Below are positions 26,960-40,949 of a stretch of 64,000 nt of DNA, one piece after another. The stretch covers positions 12,710,001 to 12,774,000 of the forward strand of contig OX597832.1 of NCBI GenBank assembly GCA_951406725.2. Reading direction: 5' to 3'. Source of the stretch: Octopus vulgaris (taxonomy: Eukaryota). The stretch's first letter is position 1, and every line of letters begins with the position of its first letter. The notes under the pieces are model-generated. The model did not search any database. It worked only from the letters and a program-made list of their open reading frames with translations, and had not been told where the DNA came from. A program made the translations under genes and the position numbers.

Positions 26960-27991
26960 TTTTATTAGTTTGGAGATTTTGTTTACTCTGCTCAACTTCT
27001 CCGTTTCAGTATTACTTTGTCAACGTTTTAAACATATTATGAAGAACAACATAATTAAAAATCAACAACTATTTGTAATGAAGGAATTCATCAAATCAAG
27101 GATAATCCTAAGTATTCAGTATTTCATAAAAGGGCTTCTGTTAAATGCGATACAATTGTCAAATTGTCAAAATATTGTGTTTTATTTTAATGATAATGAA
27201 GGCTGCTTAAGAAAATTTTGCAAATGCATTATATGGATAACCGAAAATCGTCCACAGAAATGTCAAAGGCAGAGATTCGGTTCGTATTATTACACCACAT
27301 TGTGCATATCTTCCAAATGCCATTGACTTAATATCATGATTGAAAATGACATTGATAATCCTAGATGAAGAAGCTGAATCGTAATCGCTTTTATGCTTCA
27401 TAGAAAGCCCAGGTGTCTTTGAATTAATTACATTTCCTTCATTCATCTTGATGTTTGGTCGTAACTTCTAATCCAGTTCATTATTCTTTTTTTGAATGCC
27501 GACTACATTCCATTAGCAATTCTAGAATTGAGCTTCTGTCAAAACAAATTAAACACAGCTTGTGGGCAAATATAATTTCAGTTGCTACGTTTCTCTGTCC
27601 TGATTTCCACAGTTACACTTTTATAGTAATTTATGTTTTCTGTTGTCACACAGATACCTAGATGCAGCTAAGTATCTTCTTGCTGACCTATTTTCTAATG
27701 TTTACAGATTTGTTTTCATTCTTATATTTACTAACGTGATCTCCTTTTCTCGATACAAGTAATCGAAAAGGTAACGAAGAATTTTAACATTTTGTCTGTT
27801 ATTATGGCTATTATATTCCTAAAGTAGCTTCGAATCAGCAGGAGATGGACAATTCTCAGTAAACAAAGCCAATATCTTGCTGAGATCACTGATAATGTTA
27901 AATTAGTCGCTATAATAACTGGAAAACACTGAAACATCTTGCTGAAAGTGAGATTTATATTTAGTGCCTTTTATTGAAGAGATGTTCCAGC
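26960..27991 (-). pseudogene. Long decayed coding segment, FN3-like
   Basis: Acceptor tttttctaacag, then WNISSIKG...; long protein-like stretches broken by stops; SSSRIINVIFN resembles an FN3 start. Microsatellite-free, coding-like composition. Confidence 0.4.
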
Positions 27992-29093
27992 TGTTAGAAA
28001 AATTACTACTAAAGTTCAGAGATTTTTACAATAACAACAGCTTTATGTTTCTGAAAAGTGCTTGAAATTGTACTTATCTAGGACCGCATAGGTTCTGGTT
28101 AAAAACGAAAACTCTTTAATCATATTATTTTGGCCTACAACGAAGCAAACTGTTTGCATATGTGATATTACCTATTCTATGTTCTTTCTTTTCGTTTAAG
28201 GCTGTCGGTTATTATTTCAGTGAACTTGGCTGCTATTTCTAACATGACAAGTAGCCAGTTTAACTATTTAGCCCTGACTTATGGTTCACTTACTGCCTCG
28301 TGATGTCAACATTGGCTCCATTTTAGACGTAATTCATCATAATATTAGTTCTAGGTGACAGCCATGATGGAAACGTAATGGAATTTCATTTGGTGATAAT
28401 TTTACATATAGTCTTATAGGAAATTATTCCTTCTGTGTTTGCCTAACCAGCGCTTTTAAATATGTTGAAAAATATTGGAAATGTAGTATTCAAATAGAAC
28501 ATAAAACACTCAGTTAAAGATATTCATAGGACTTCAATATGTGAAACATCCAGAAAAAAGATATATATTTAATGAATTTCTAGAAATACAGTTAAAGAAT
28601 TCATTTTTATTTAGACATAGGCCGGAAATGTTTGGAGAAATGTAGATAGTCGATGCCATCAACCCCAGCAAATGACCGGCACAGAATGACAAATATCAGA
28701 GTTAACCTTCTCGTAATGATATGTATGTGGATTTAAATAAATTCTCTTACCCTACAGATAATTAGATAAGAAGAATAGTAGCAAATCTTAGTAAAACAGA
28801 TTAGGTATAGGAAAGGGAAATAAGTCATAGACTTCCAGTGTTGCCTTCCTAGATTCATGTTATTACGTCCAGTGGTGGATAAGGGGATATAGTCGTTCTT
28901 AGAAGGATTTATTTTAGGAAGGGTGAATTTAGACAGTGGTTCTTATATTGTTTACATATAAAAACACGTTGTTTACAGTGGGGAGTTTGAAAGTATGGTC
29001 CGTGTTTTGGAGGTTATATATAGGATGCCAGCTGGTACTAAAAAGAGTATGGCACCAGGTGGTGACCAAAGTACGGTGTTCATGTTCGTTATT

Positions 29094-29155
<62 letters not shown>

Positions 29156-29498
29156 TGTCTCTATGAATATTAATGTTTGTGCTCTATGAATATTAATGAT
29201 TGTGCTCAAGCGCATAAAGAAGGGGGGAGCATCAGAACTTTTTTTTAATTACACCTATTTGAAAACTGAACTATAATCACATAGAAGAATGCCCTATATA
29301 CACACCCGTTGTATGAAATCGTTGAGTTAATAAACATACATATTATATATAACATATGTGATATGCGTGTGTGTTTCTATCTCTGTCTCACACTATCTTT
29401 CTCTCTCTCCATATATATATATATATGTATTTATATATACGTACATACATATATATATATCTATATATCTATATGCATACATATATATATATATATAT

Positions 29499-29549
<51 letters not shown>

Positions 29550-29763
29550 CATATATATATATACATACACATATATATATATATATGTATGTATATGCAT
29601 TTACATGTTACTAGTATGCAGGTTTAGCAATAAACAATGAGCGTTATGCTATTGGGTGCAATCTATTTTGGGAAGATCAGTTACACAAAGACCAGTTCAT
29701 GGATGAGAGAAAATTAATACGGCATGTGGGGGAATTTAAGCATATGTACATATTTCAAAGATA

Positions 29764-29808
<45 letters not shown>

Positions 29809-29850
29809 GTGTGTGGGAGTGTGTGTGTGTGTGTGTATGTGGGAGAATAC

Positions 29851-29881
<31 letters not shown>

Positions 29882-30030
29882 CATATGAGTGTGTGTCTGT
29901 ATTTGTGTCTGTGTATATATGTACACAATTTTCTTTCATAGCGAAACCATAACAGCAAGACAGAATTTGTGTTAATGTGTTCTAGAAACTTTATTTTTTT
30001 AGCAACTGATTGAATAGTATAGATATGTAC

Positions 30031-30292
30031 ATTAGCTGCTCCGTGTTTGCGTGGCTGCTTCTTCTCGATGAATATTGGTAGCCGTCTCTTGTTTCCTCAT
30101 TTTTCTCGTGCACAGGAGACAATAACATGTACTAAGTTGCCCCTGGAAAAATAACCGTTGCTTAACGTTGAAATGAAATCTTTCAAACTTCATTTCACAT
30201 TTTGCGTATCTCAGCATCCATTTTCGATTCCCATTTGCTATAGATATGTGTTCAGTAATTGAGGTAACATTGCAAGCCCTAGTTGTGGTCTC
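30031..30292 (-). pseudogene. FN3-like pseudo-exon
   Basis: After tttattag reads ...CNVTSITEHISI/KWESKMDAEI (FN3 A/B strands with the conserved W after a frameshift) and ...FQGQLSTCY. Confidence 0.4.
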
Positions 30293-30510
30293 CTAATAAA
30301 TTATATTTACAACAATTGTTTCTAATTTCATTACAAGGACAAAAATATTTGGCGGAGTGGGGCAGTTGTGTACATCGGTATCAGTACTCAGTTTCTACAT
30401 ATTTTATCGTCACTGAATGGATGGAAGACAAAGACGATCTTAGCGGAATGTGAACATAGAACGTAAAGATTCGAAAGAAATACCGCTATATGCTTATAAT
30501 AATGCCTTTT

Positions 30511-30932
30511 ATAAGGCGGCGATCTGGCAGAAACGTTAGCACGCCGGGCGAAAATGTTTAGCGGTATTTCGTCTGCCGTTACGTTCTGAGTTCAAATTCC
30601 GCAAAGATCGAGTTTGCCTTTCATCCACTGGGGGTCGATAAATTAAGTACCTGTTGTGTTCTCGGGTCGATGTAATCGACTTAATCCGTTTGTTTACCTT
30701 TGTTTGAACCCTCTATGTTTAGCCCCTTGTGGGCAATAATGAAAAACGGAACATTAGCACGCTTAGCGGTATTTCGTCTGTCTTTATGTTCTGAGTTCAA
30801 ATTCCACCGATGTCAACTATGCCTCTCATTCTTTGGGTGTCGATGAAATAAGTACCAGTTTCGTTCTGGAGTCGATCTAATCGACTGGCCCCCTCCCCAA
30901 AAGTTTCGAACCTTATGCGTAGATCAGAAACG
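30511..30932 (+). mobile_element. SINE family B dimer
   Basis: 13-bp TSD aataatgcctttt at 30498-30510 and 30933-30945; an older inverted copy lies at about 30320-30490. Confidence 0.92.
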
Positions 30933-31146
30933 AATAATGCCTTTTCTATTGGCCACAAGGGCTGAATGGTGCATATGATAAGTCTTACAACTTAAGTTTG
31001 CTTTTTCTGAGATAAATCCTTCTTGAGCACCGAATAACGAATATTATTCCAAATGTAATGACGCCGTACTTCTGTCACATTATGCATATCAATCATCACA
31101 TTATTCGATATGTCAGTGATTCTCCAAAAGAACGTATTGCTTTTGC

Positions 31147-31185
31147 CATTTATAAAGCAACTTAGAACTAAAAGGAGAAAATCAT
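31147..31185 (-). pseudogene. Putative first coding exon (signal peptide) of the RPTP-like pseudogene
   Basis: ATG ATT TT- CTC CTT TTA GTT CTA AGT TGC TTT ATA AAT G|GCAAAA reads MIFLLLVLSCFING if one T is restored. Phase-1 boundary with a GC (mutated GT?) donor. Confidence 0.4.
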
Positions 31186-31536
31186 TGTGCAGGAATCTAG
31201 GTTGCACTGCTTCTGTTATTCCGGAGTGGTGACGGAATTCTGAAATTTCATAAACTCCGGTATTTCGTCAGCTATATCTAATCGGTAGCTCACTGAATAA
31301 GGCAACTACCAGCAAAACTCCTCAGGTAAGTAAGAATTAATTTCAATGGCTTCTGTTGGCTTTTGAAAATTGCAGTCGTTTCAGTCACAAGTAATATAAG
31401 TCGCAATGTTGTAGTATATAACTTTCAAGATAGTGAAACTAAATCTAGTTGCTGTAAGCAATGCAACATTCTACAGTCCCATCTCTCTAACCTATCTCTG
31501 CCGACTCTCTCTCTCTCTCTCTCTCTCTCTTTCTGC

Positions 31537-31595
<59 letters not shown>

Positions 31596-31836
31596 TATTT
31601 ATATATTTATATTTATACATATATAGATGGATAGATAGACAGACACTGATAGATATAGATAGGGAAATACAGACACACTCATATATTTAGACGCGCAAAC
31701 ATACCCACACCCACGCACACATACACACGCGTGCACACACACATAGTTATGTATGAGTGTATATGTATATATATATATTTCTAATTAGACAATCACTTAA
31801 CTCCCGTACCAGCTACATGATAGTAATAAATAGGAT

Positions 31837-31887
<51 letters not shown>

Positions 31888-32803
31888 TTGTGTGTATTTA
31901 TATATGGTGAATGGCTCTAAATCTTTCTTTAACAATTACTATTTTGGTGAATGAAATCCCTCGGGGAATGTATGTGCAACAACATTATAGCAATATATTA
32001 TCAATTTCTGAAGTGTTTTCTCTATAACAAAACTCCTAATGGAGTAGGGTTGATCTTTATGGCTTCCGGTAAACGATTTGAAAACATAACTGTAAAAATA
32101 ATGAAGAAGTGGGATGTGTCAAAATGAAATCAATATATTTCGTTAAGATTCACATAGATTCGTAATGTATTTAGTTTTAAATCAAAGACTGTAAAATGTA
32201 CTATTATGATATTGTTCGAAAATATATACGACGTTTCCATTTTATTTTTTCATTCTTTGCCTTAACATTATTATTAGGATAATAGTCTATAAGTGTTGTT
32301 ATATATCTTTTTCAGAACGAGTAAATTGATATAATAACATAGCTGCAATATATAATACATGTCATGCGGTAGCGGAGAGATTCCTTCACAAGGAGCCTCA
32401 CGAAACAAGTTTTCAGTTATGTGATATCATTAAGACTTTCTGAAAATCTATGTATTCACATATTCACATTCCCAGTTTTCAATATAACTCAATGGTGTCC
32501 TCCTCTCTATAAACAAAAGAATACCAATGAAAACAAAAATTGTTTTTGCTTCAGTTGAAACTTGATTGTCTTTCATCGAAGTGAAACTCAAGTCTTTGTT
32601 TCTATGGCGATATATATTTAAGAGCATACATACAAATAACAGTTCCAGTAATTGACACACAAACCTATATAATAGCAAACAGATATTGGAATCGTACAAT
32701 AGGTTATCGACTTTGGGAGCTCTTGTGTCTCTTGTGTTATACTTTTATCCACGTTTAAATGCCTCCTAGAATCAACAGTCACTGAACTTTATCAACACAA
32801 AAG

Positions 32804-32904
<101 letters not shown>

Positions 32905-33123
32905 ATGCATACATATATATGTGTCTGTGCGTGTGTGTGCATATATTCGAAACACGGAAGAGACGAAACAGGGACGACTGAAGAAGGGGAATATTCTTTG
33001 TGTTTTATGGCTTGTACTCTGTTTTCTCGTTGTTTGAAAACAAGTTCGTTTCCATGGTTTTCTTTTTATGTTTACCTTTCTCATTGTGTTCAAAGTTTTT
33101 GTTTGGTGTCCTGTACCTATATA

Positions 33124-33175
<52 letters not shown>

Positions 33176-34408
33176 TGTAGGCATGTACATATATGTATGT
33201 ATATATGCATAAGTTTATATATTATTTATGTTATTATATATATATATATATATAAAATGAAAAGATATGCTGTAAAGATTTTCCCCCTCAAGGTGAGTTG
33301 CAGTGAAAGATAAGAGAAAGAAAGTGCACAGTATGTGTATACTTCTTTATAAGTTATAATATTTACGAATCAACTCGTTTCAGTTTTACTAATCATGACT
33401 AAAAAATTAGTGAAAATACTACAATTTCATCGCATTATAATTTTTTTTAGTCCACATGGTAGCATAAGGAACGTTGTTTCATAACTGAATCAGAAGCTAA
33501 ATAAATCTAAGGGGAGGTAATTAGTAAGTGTTATTATTAGAAGTAGGGGATGTAATTAGCCTATTTTCGTGGAGGTGAATTCATATTATTTTGATTACGA
33601 AGTTATAAATCTCTATATATAAAAATATTTACAAAACCCATATTCGACGCAATATAAAATTATACATGAAAACATTAATCCGCTGTAATTGTGTCTGAGG
33701 GTGCCAAAGTACTTATACTGTAAGAAATAAGAGTTATGAACTCAATACTGTATGAAGCTCACAATATACATAAATGGACAGGATACACAGTCGTCTCATG
33801 ATCGACTCTATATATCACTGGTAGGCCTTGTCAACAGTGACTACTCAATCGCTCCATCGTTTGGCTAAATCAGACTGTCAGTGTATATATTAAATCATAT
33901 AAATTTATGGCTGATTTAGGGAAATGATACAGCTAGGTGCAATATAAAACCATAAAGTGAAATTTTAATGGTAACTATTTGTGAGTGAGCGTGCCGATAT
34001 ACTTAATTGCAAGAAATCAAAATTAAAGACTCGTAATGGAGTATGAACCGCACAATAAATATACACTAACATGGGAGATAACCGTCTCATGAAAGACTAG
34101 AGATCACTGGACTAGTATAGTTTCACCTATCACTAGAATGTGTGTGTGTTTGTATGCATGTGTGTGTATGTGCATGCGTGCGTGTATTCAGTAAATCAGT
34201 AATCCTAAAATCTAAGACAGATAAACCACAAACCATTTTTCCTACCGAATAAATTGACTTCGGTACTGAAGCATGTTCTTCAATAATAAAATTACCCCCA
34301 TTACATTTGGACTTTGTAACGATAAGCCAATTAATGTGGCGTTTAACCTAGAATCCTCTCTTTCCTGCCAGTTTACAGTTTGTGCTACTGTAGGTATTGA
34401 CATCGTAA

Positions 34409-34685
34409 GCGGCGAACTGGCAGAAACGTTAGCACACCGGGCGAAATGCTTTGCGGTATTTCGTCTGCTGTTACGTTCTGAGTTCAAATTCCGCCGAGGT
34501 GGACTTTGCCTTTCATCCTTTCGGAGTCGATAAATTAAGTACCAGTTACGCACTGGGGTCAATGTAATCGACTTAATCCCTTTGTCTGTCCTTGTTTGTC
34601 CCCTCTGTGTTTAGCCTCTTGTGGGTAGTAAGGAAAATAGAAACTTAATCCGTTTGTCTGTCCTTGTTTGTGGGCATTAAAGAAA
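34409..34685 (+). mobile_element. SINE family B
   Basis: 18-bp TSD taggtattg(a/g)catcgtaa at 34391-34408 and 34686-34703. Confidence 0.95.
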
Positions 34686-34996
34686 TAGGTATTGGCATCG
34701 TAATTTCTTTACGTGCGCACTGAAATATATCGTCTGCACCACTCCTATATTTTATTATTGAAAGAAATGGGAATGTTCTTTACCACAGCATGTAATTTTG
34801 AAGTCATTGAATATATTATAAGCTATAATTGACAGAGGATTATTAATGTTAAAACTAAGCATATAGGGCTACTAAGGAAATATGGAAAATCGTTTATAAA
34901 ACCAAAGTTGATACATGCCTTACCATTAATATGGAACCAAACTAAGTTATTTGCACGGATGTTGTGTGACCGATTTGCAGCTTTGGTTTTAAGACA

Positions 34997-35216
34997 TACG
35001 AGGGGATGCTGAAAAGTTCCTAGCATTAAAGGTGTCGTGAAAGGCCCGGTTGGAGTCCCAAATCTCTGAGATCTTTTGTAGATCTTACAAAAACCGAAGA
35101 ACAGCTGCAGTAAATGTGTGAGTCTGAGAGGGGATTATATTGAAGAAAAACATAATTAACTTAACCTCTTGTATTTCTATTACTCAAAACTAGGAACTTT
35201 TCAGGCTACCCTCCTT
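34997..35216. mobile_element. Mariner-type MITE
   Basis: TIRs cgaggggatgctgaaaagttcctag / ctaggaacttttcaggctaccctcc, with TA at the left end. Confidence 0.85.
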
Positions 35217-35419
35217 TATTTAAAAGCCATAATGGACAGATGATAATTAATATGAAACTAAAGTGAAACTATGAAGGGAAAGTAGAAAATTATTTATAGA
35301 TTCGATATTAATACATACTATGCCGTTAATATGCAACAAGACTAAGATATTTGCGTGAATGTTGTGCGATTGTTTTGTAGATTCCTAAGACAGAAGCTTC
35401 GATGAGCCGTATATTTGAG

Positions 35420-35900
35420 TTGATATGATCCCAGGTTATCTCAATCAATTGTACCTTTGTTCTATTTTCAGACAAGCGTTATTGTTGTTTATACTCAAAT
35501 CAGTCGCGATCGTTCGGATCTACAACTGATATGCTTTACTATTTAACACGGTATTTCGTCTGTTGCATATTAGACCCAGGTCAGCACTGATCGAAAAGAT
35601 TTAAGATCAAATACGTTTCATCCCTGCCTATCAGATTCTAGACAACTGTTATTGTTCTACTTTAGCCCCAAGTTAGTTCTGATCAAACAAACCTGTAATC
35701 AAATATGTTCCACCCGCACTTATCAGATGAAACACAGCCGATGTTGTTTAGCTCAATTCGTGTCAACATTGATGGAACAGACGCATGTTCCAAAAGTTGT
35801 AGCTTCCGTGTAAAATATATGATTGTTATTGTTGTTGTTTAAGCTTCCATCTATCTAGATCAAGCAGTCACATGATCAAAGTTGTTCCAGCCTTGGCCAC
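35420..35900 (+). repeat. Degenerate tandem array, about 90-bp period, about 6 units
   Basis: Recurring tttagccccaggtcag.nctgatc.a.cagac.tatgatcaaa..gttcca-like motif. Confidence 0.6.
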
Positions 35901-36744
35901 GAAGCATAAGAGATTTCATGCTAGATATGTTTCACTTAAAAGTCTAGGCCTCCGTCAACATATTTACTCTGAGAATAATGATATTTTATCTGAAGATAAA
36001 ACAAAGATAGAAAGTATTATTTCCATTATAAATTCCAACAATTCAATGACTGCTTTGGCTGATTAAGGATATTGGAATGAAATATAACAATAACAGTTGC
36101 AAGTCGAAATGATCCAATGCAGATAATTACTCTGTCTAGCTATTTGTAAATAGAACACGTTGATTTCACAAAGCTACCAATCAATCAATTCAGTTTTATA
36201 GTTTGAATGAATATTACATTTCCTTTTATATTGTTTTCTAAATTAATCTTGAAAAGTAGATATGCAATGCAATATCAGAATATTGAATATTGAATCTGGG
36301 TCGATATCTGTGTTAGCAAAAAGAAAAGAGAACATCGGTGTTTTTGCTTGTCTATCGAAATGTCTGGTTGTTGTGCAAATGTTTTTTTTTTGTTTTGGCT
36401 GCGGATGTATCTCTATCCCCAGCGTTGAGTTTTCATATACCACTGGGATTCGTATTCCGTTTCATCATACTATAGTCAATAGTATATTGATTTATCTGGA
36501 CTAGACATAAGTACTATTTTGATTAAGAGTGCACAAGATGATTGATCGACCCCTGTATAATGCCACAACCTATTTTATCGAACTTCTGACAATGAAAGTA
36601 TAAGCTTCGTCGACAAATATTTGATCTACGTAGGTAAAGACTACACCGTAAATAGTGGGCAGTGCCTTAAGTCAATATATGCTTAGATTAATCATGTTAT
36701 TGTTGTTTTTGTCATTATTATTATTATAGCTATTATTATATATC

Positions 36745-36827
<83 letters not shown>

Positions 36828-36852
36828 TCATTATTATTAGTAGTAGTATAAT

Positions 36853-37118
36853 GTTTTTTCCTTCTTCAAATTTTCCTCCGTTTCTCGCCGAGTGTTTTCC
36901 GTACACCTAGGGCAGAGAAGCTCCTATGCACTCCCAGATTAGACACGCCAATTCACAGATAAAATATTTATTTAAAACTTGATAAATATGGATGGATGTT
37001 GTTTTCGCAGCAATAATGCTCTTCTCAGTTCATGAGCCGTTCCAGTTAATACGATTGTTTGCACTTCCTGTAGAGATGGTAAGCCTGGAATCATTTTCAA
37101 ATAGGTTTCAGTACCTTT
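36853..37118 (-). mobile_element. R4/Dong-like (RLE) non-LTR retrotransposon 3' end
   Basis: KGTETYLKMIPGLPSLQEVQTIVLTGTAHELRRAL plus 3' UTR; flanked by (TAA)n on both sides. Confidence 0.85.
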
Positions 37119-37174
37119 TTCTTTTACCTTTTTTTAACCTTTTTTAACCCTTTTTTACCTTTTTTTTCAGTACC

Positions 37175-37207
<33 letters not shown>

Positions 37208-37527
37208 GCATATAGATATGTGTAGGTTAGGTATATTACAAGCATAAACACTAAGAGCAATTCATTATTTTATATACGGTTGTTGTGTCTTTAAATAGTA
37301 GTTATATATCTATTTTACAAATGAACAAATATATCTTTGTATACATCATTAACTACCTACCTATATATATGTGGAGCAATCAATATCTCTCGCTAGATGC
37401 GTATGTTTGCATACGTGAGAGAAAGTGAGTTGGAGCACGTGTGTGTGTATGTGCATATCTATATATGTCTGTCTGTCTCTGTCTGTCTCTCTGTCAGTCT
37501 GTTTGTCTTTCTGTCTTCTGTCTCTCT

Positions 37528-37570
<43 letters not shown>

Positions 37571-39480
37571 GAGAGAAATTGATTGATAAATAGATAGAAA
37601 GATAGATATATTGAGAGACAGATAGGTAGATAAATAGGTAGATTGAGAGAGAAATTGTAGATAGAGAGAGAAAGAGAGAGATAGAGACATACATACAGGC
37701 AAGCAGACGGACAGGCACGCAATCAGACAGGCAAACACATAGACATACCTACATACATACATACAGACAGACAGACAGACAGACATACAGAAAGACAGAC
37801 AGACAGACCGATAGATAGATAGATAAATAGATAGATAGATAGATAAATAGAGTCGCGATTTCTGAAAATCCACTTTATATTCTATATTCAACGATTCTTT
37901 AAAAGTACAACAATAATTCTTTAAAAAAGACAAACTAAAGTTTAAAAATAATATGCACTGAGTTACCTGGAATGAAAATAGCTGACATATTTAAATTGCA
38001 CAGGGATTCGTAATAGCGAAAACATTTTAGTCCTAAAATAATTCATGTATACAAGACCTCACATAGACCTAAGCGCCAGCATGCTGTTACGAATGTACAC
38101 AACATTTAATGTATTTACTATTTTGAAAGTATTTACCAAGACTGAAGATAATTTTTTTTCTCCGAATATTATGATTGGAGTTTCTTATCAAGGAATAATA
38201 TATATATATCTTTAAATATAGCTAATATAACTCTATCAAACAATGGTTTCGATAAGACCATTGATAAGACCATTTATTAATGAAATAGAATATGAATTAG
38301 ACAAATATTTGTTAGAGAATGACAGCATTATTTTTTAATATAAATTATAGATTACAACTAAATTAACAATATAATATATTGTTAATAAAACATCAACTCA
38401 TATTCATTTTATATTATGAGAGTTTTAATGGCAAAATCAGATATTCAAAAATCAGATATTCAAAACTTATATTCAAATATATTAATAACACAGTGATATT
38501 CGATATTCGTCTAAATGATAATTCTTCAAATCTAATATCATGTCTAAAATAGTTTTTGAAAATAACAACACTTGAAGAGTGTCAACGCATCTACAACATT
38601 GTGTATTTGATTGTTGGTTCTCGGAACACTAGTGCTACGACAAGTTCAGCGCAGTCTATACTTAGATGCACATTTCTAATAATCTCCCAAAATATCATAC
38701 TTGATGGAATGCTAGAAATAAATTAGATATTATGCTAATGCTCCATTTTCTTCAAGAAATAATTATGATTTTTTAAGAAGATATTAATGTTCGTTTACAC
38801 AAAATACATTAACTTTAAGTTTAAAATTTCAGCGGTTTAGTTGTGTGAGTGAGTGAGTATTCCTATTTACAATGCAAATGCGATCCTCGAAGGTGTTCTG
38901 AAATCTCTATCAAACATTGTCTTCCAATTAATTAACCAATTAAAATGACGATGACAAAAACGACGATGACGATGGTAGTGGTGACGACTACGGCGATGGC
39001 TACAACTACACAACCAATTCAGCAAAAATTGGGAAAAATTGCAAAGATATAAGGAAAATAAGAATGTGTTACACTCATCATAAATGAAGGAGAAACTTGA
39101 CGTGAAATACAAGACTGCAGAGAGAAATTAGAATGCTTTAGTTAATGGAAATGCTGTATATTGTGCCAATAATTGTTGTTGCTCGAGGTAGAGTGATCAA
39201 AAAAATATAAATTAAATGTACTTGGAGAAGTTATACAAAAACAAAATGAAGATAAAGCACATCTAGAAACAAAACTACTACGAAGAATAAGGGTTTCCCA
39301 CGAAAACAACAACAACAAGAAGAAAGGAACTTTAGATCGAAGAGAGTTAACAGCCGGTATATAAAATACACCTCAAGCAAGAAGCGGAATATATTTATGA
39401 TGATGATGATTATGTTGTTGTTGTTGTTGTTGATGATAATGATGACGGTGGTGGTGGTGGTGGTGATGCAGAAAACAACA

Positions 39481-39716
39481 TATTTCTTTACTACCCACAA
39501 GGGGCTAAACACAGAGAGGACAAACAAGAACAGACAACCGGATTAAGTCGATTACATCGATCCCCAGTGCGTAACTGGTACTTAATTTATCGACCCCGAA
39601 AGGATGAAAGGCAAAGTCAACCTCGGCGGAATTTGAACTCAGAACTTAACGGCAGACGAAATACGACTACGCATTTCGCCCGGCGTGCTAACGATTCTGC
39701 CAGCTCACCGCCCTAT
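39481..39716 (-). mobile_element. SINE family B
   Basis: 15-bp TSD atgcagaaaacaaca at 39466-39480 and 39717-39731. Confidence 0.95.
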
Positions 39717-40877
39717 ATGCAGAAAACAACAGCAATAACAACAACAGGGAATTTACTCGAGTTATAGTATATATGGGTAAATGGAGTTTTCTATTTTTTG
39801 AGCGTTACGGTAAATATGGAGATGTGTCGTTCAGCGGTTAGGTTAATATTGCATTCAGGATCCTGAGATTGCGATTTCAGTTTAGAAAGTGATGCCTTGT
39901 GATATGGAGTAAAACATCTCATTTCACCTACCTCATGTTCCAATCAGCTTGGAAAAATGAACAATCTTGAGTCGGACCGGCAACCCGTTCAGTGGATGGG
40001 TGGCGTTACATATACGATATGTAAGGCACGGAATTCGGAGAAAACGGCATCATAAAATTATCAGTCGGGAGGAAATTTGATCGCTCCTGAGTATGGTCAG
40101 TATAGCAAAAGAAGTTGTAATGGCATTCTTCGGCTCAACGAAACTGGTCATTTGTATTTACCTCAGGTATATTCCCCAAATATAGAAGTATATATCGTAA
40201 GAAAGAGAAACTTTCTAGACAGTTTGACGAAGTGTTCAATGGGTAGCAAAATGTGTGTGTACAAGTATCTTTGTGTGTATATGGCTACCTGTGTACAGCT
40301 GTGTTTGTGTCACAGAAATAGAGATTGTCAAACGCATCATGTCTATATCAACAACTCTTATTACTCATTATTGTCTTAAACAGAAAGGATCACACAATGC
40401 AAGATGTGATGCAGTGACGTTCATTCTGATCCAAACAATTTACATTGGGATGACGCGATGCCAATTAACTGAATTGCTTTTAGTATAAGCTTAGTAATAC
40501 ATAACATTAAATATAATGAAAATGGTAATTACGGGCACTTTGAGTCATATTTCCATTAATAGTATGAGTTATATATATATATATGTATCCGTATGCGCGT
40601 ATGTGTGAGGGTATATTTATAATATATAATGATATATTTTATAAATGTTAGTTTTAACTTCTTTATTTATATTTTGTAAATAACTACAACAAATATCCGT
40701 GTGTTTTTCTTTTTGCTGTTTATTTTTTTACTTTTTAGTTTGTTGCAGTTAAGTGTTGTTTTCCATTTATTTAGTAATCCACTTCTATACTGCTTCAAGT
40801 CTTTATTGTCAATTATATTTTTCCTGCAGACATATATGGAGTAAGCTAAGATGGAAGAAAGCAAAAACAAACAAAAA

Positions 40878-40949
<72 letters not shown>

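Noticed and set aside
35420-35900. CRISPR array
   Set aside because: Eukaryotic context, highly degenerate repeats, no cas genes.
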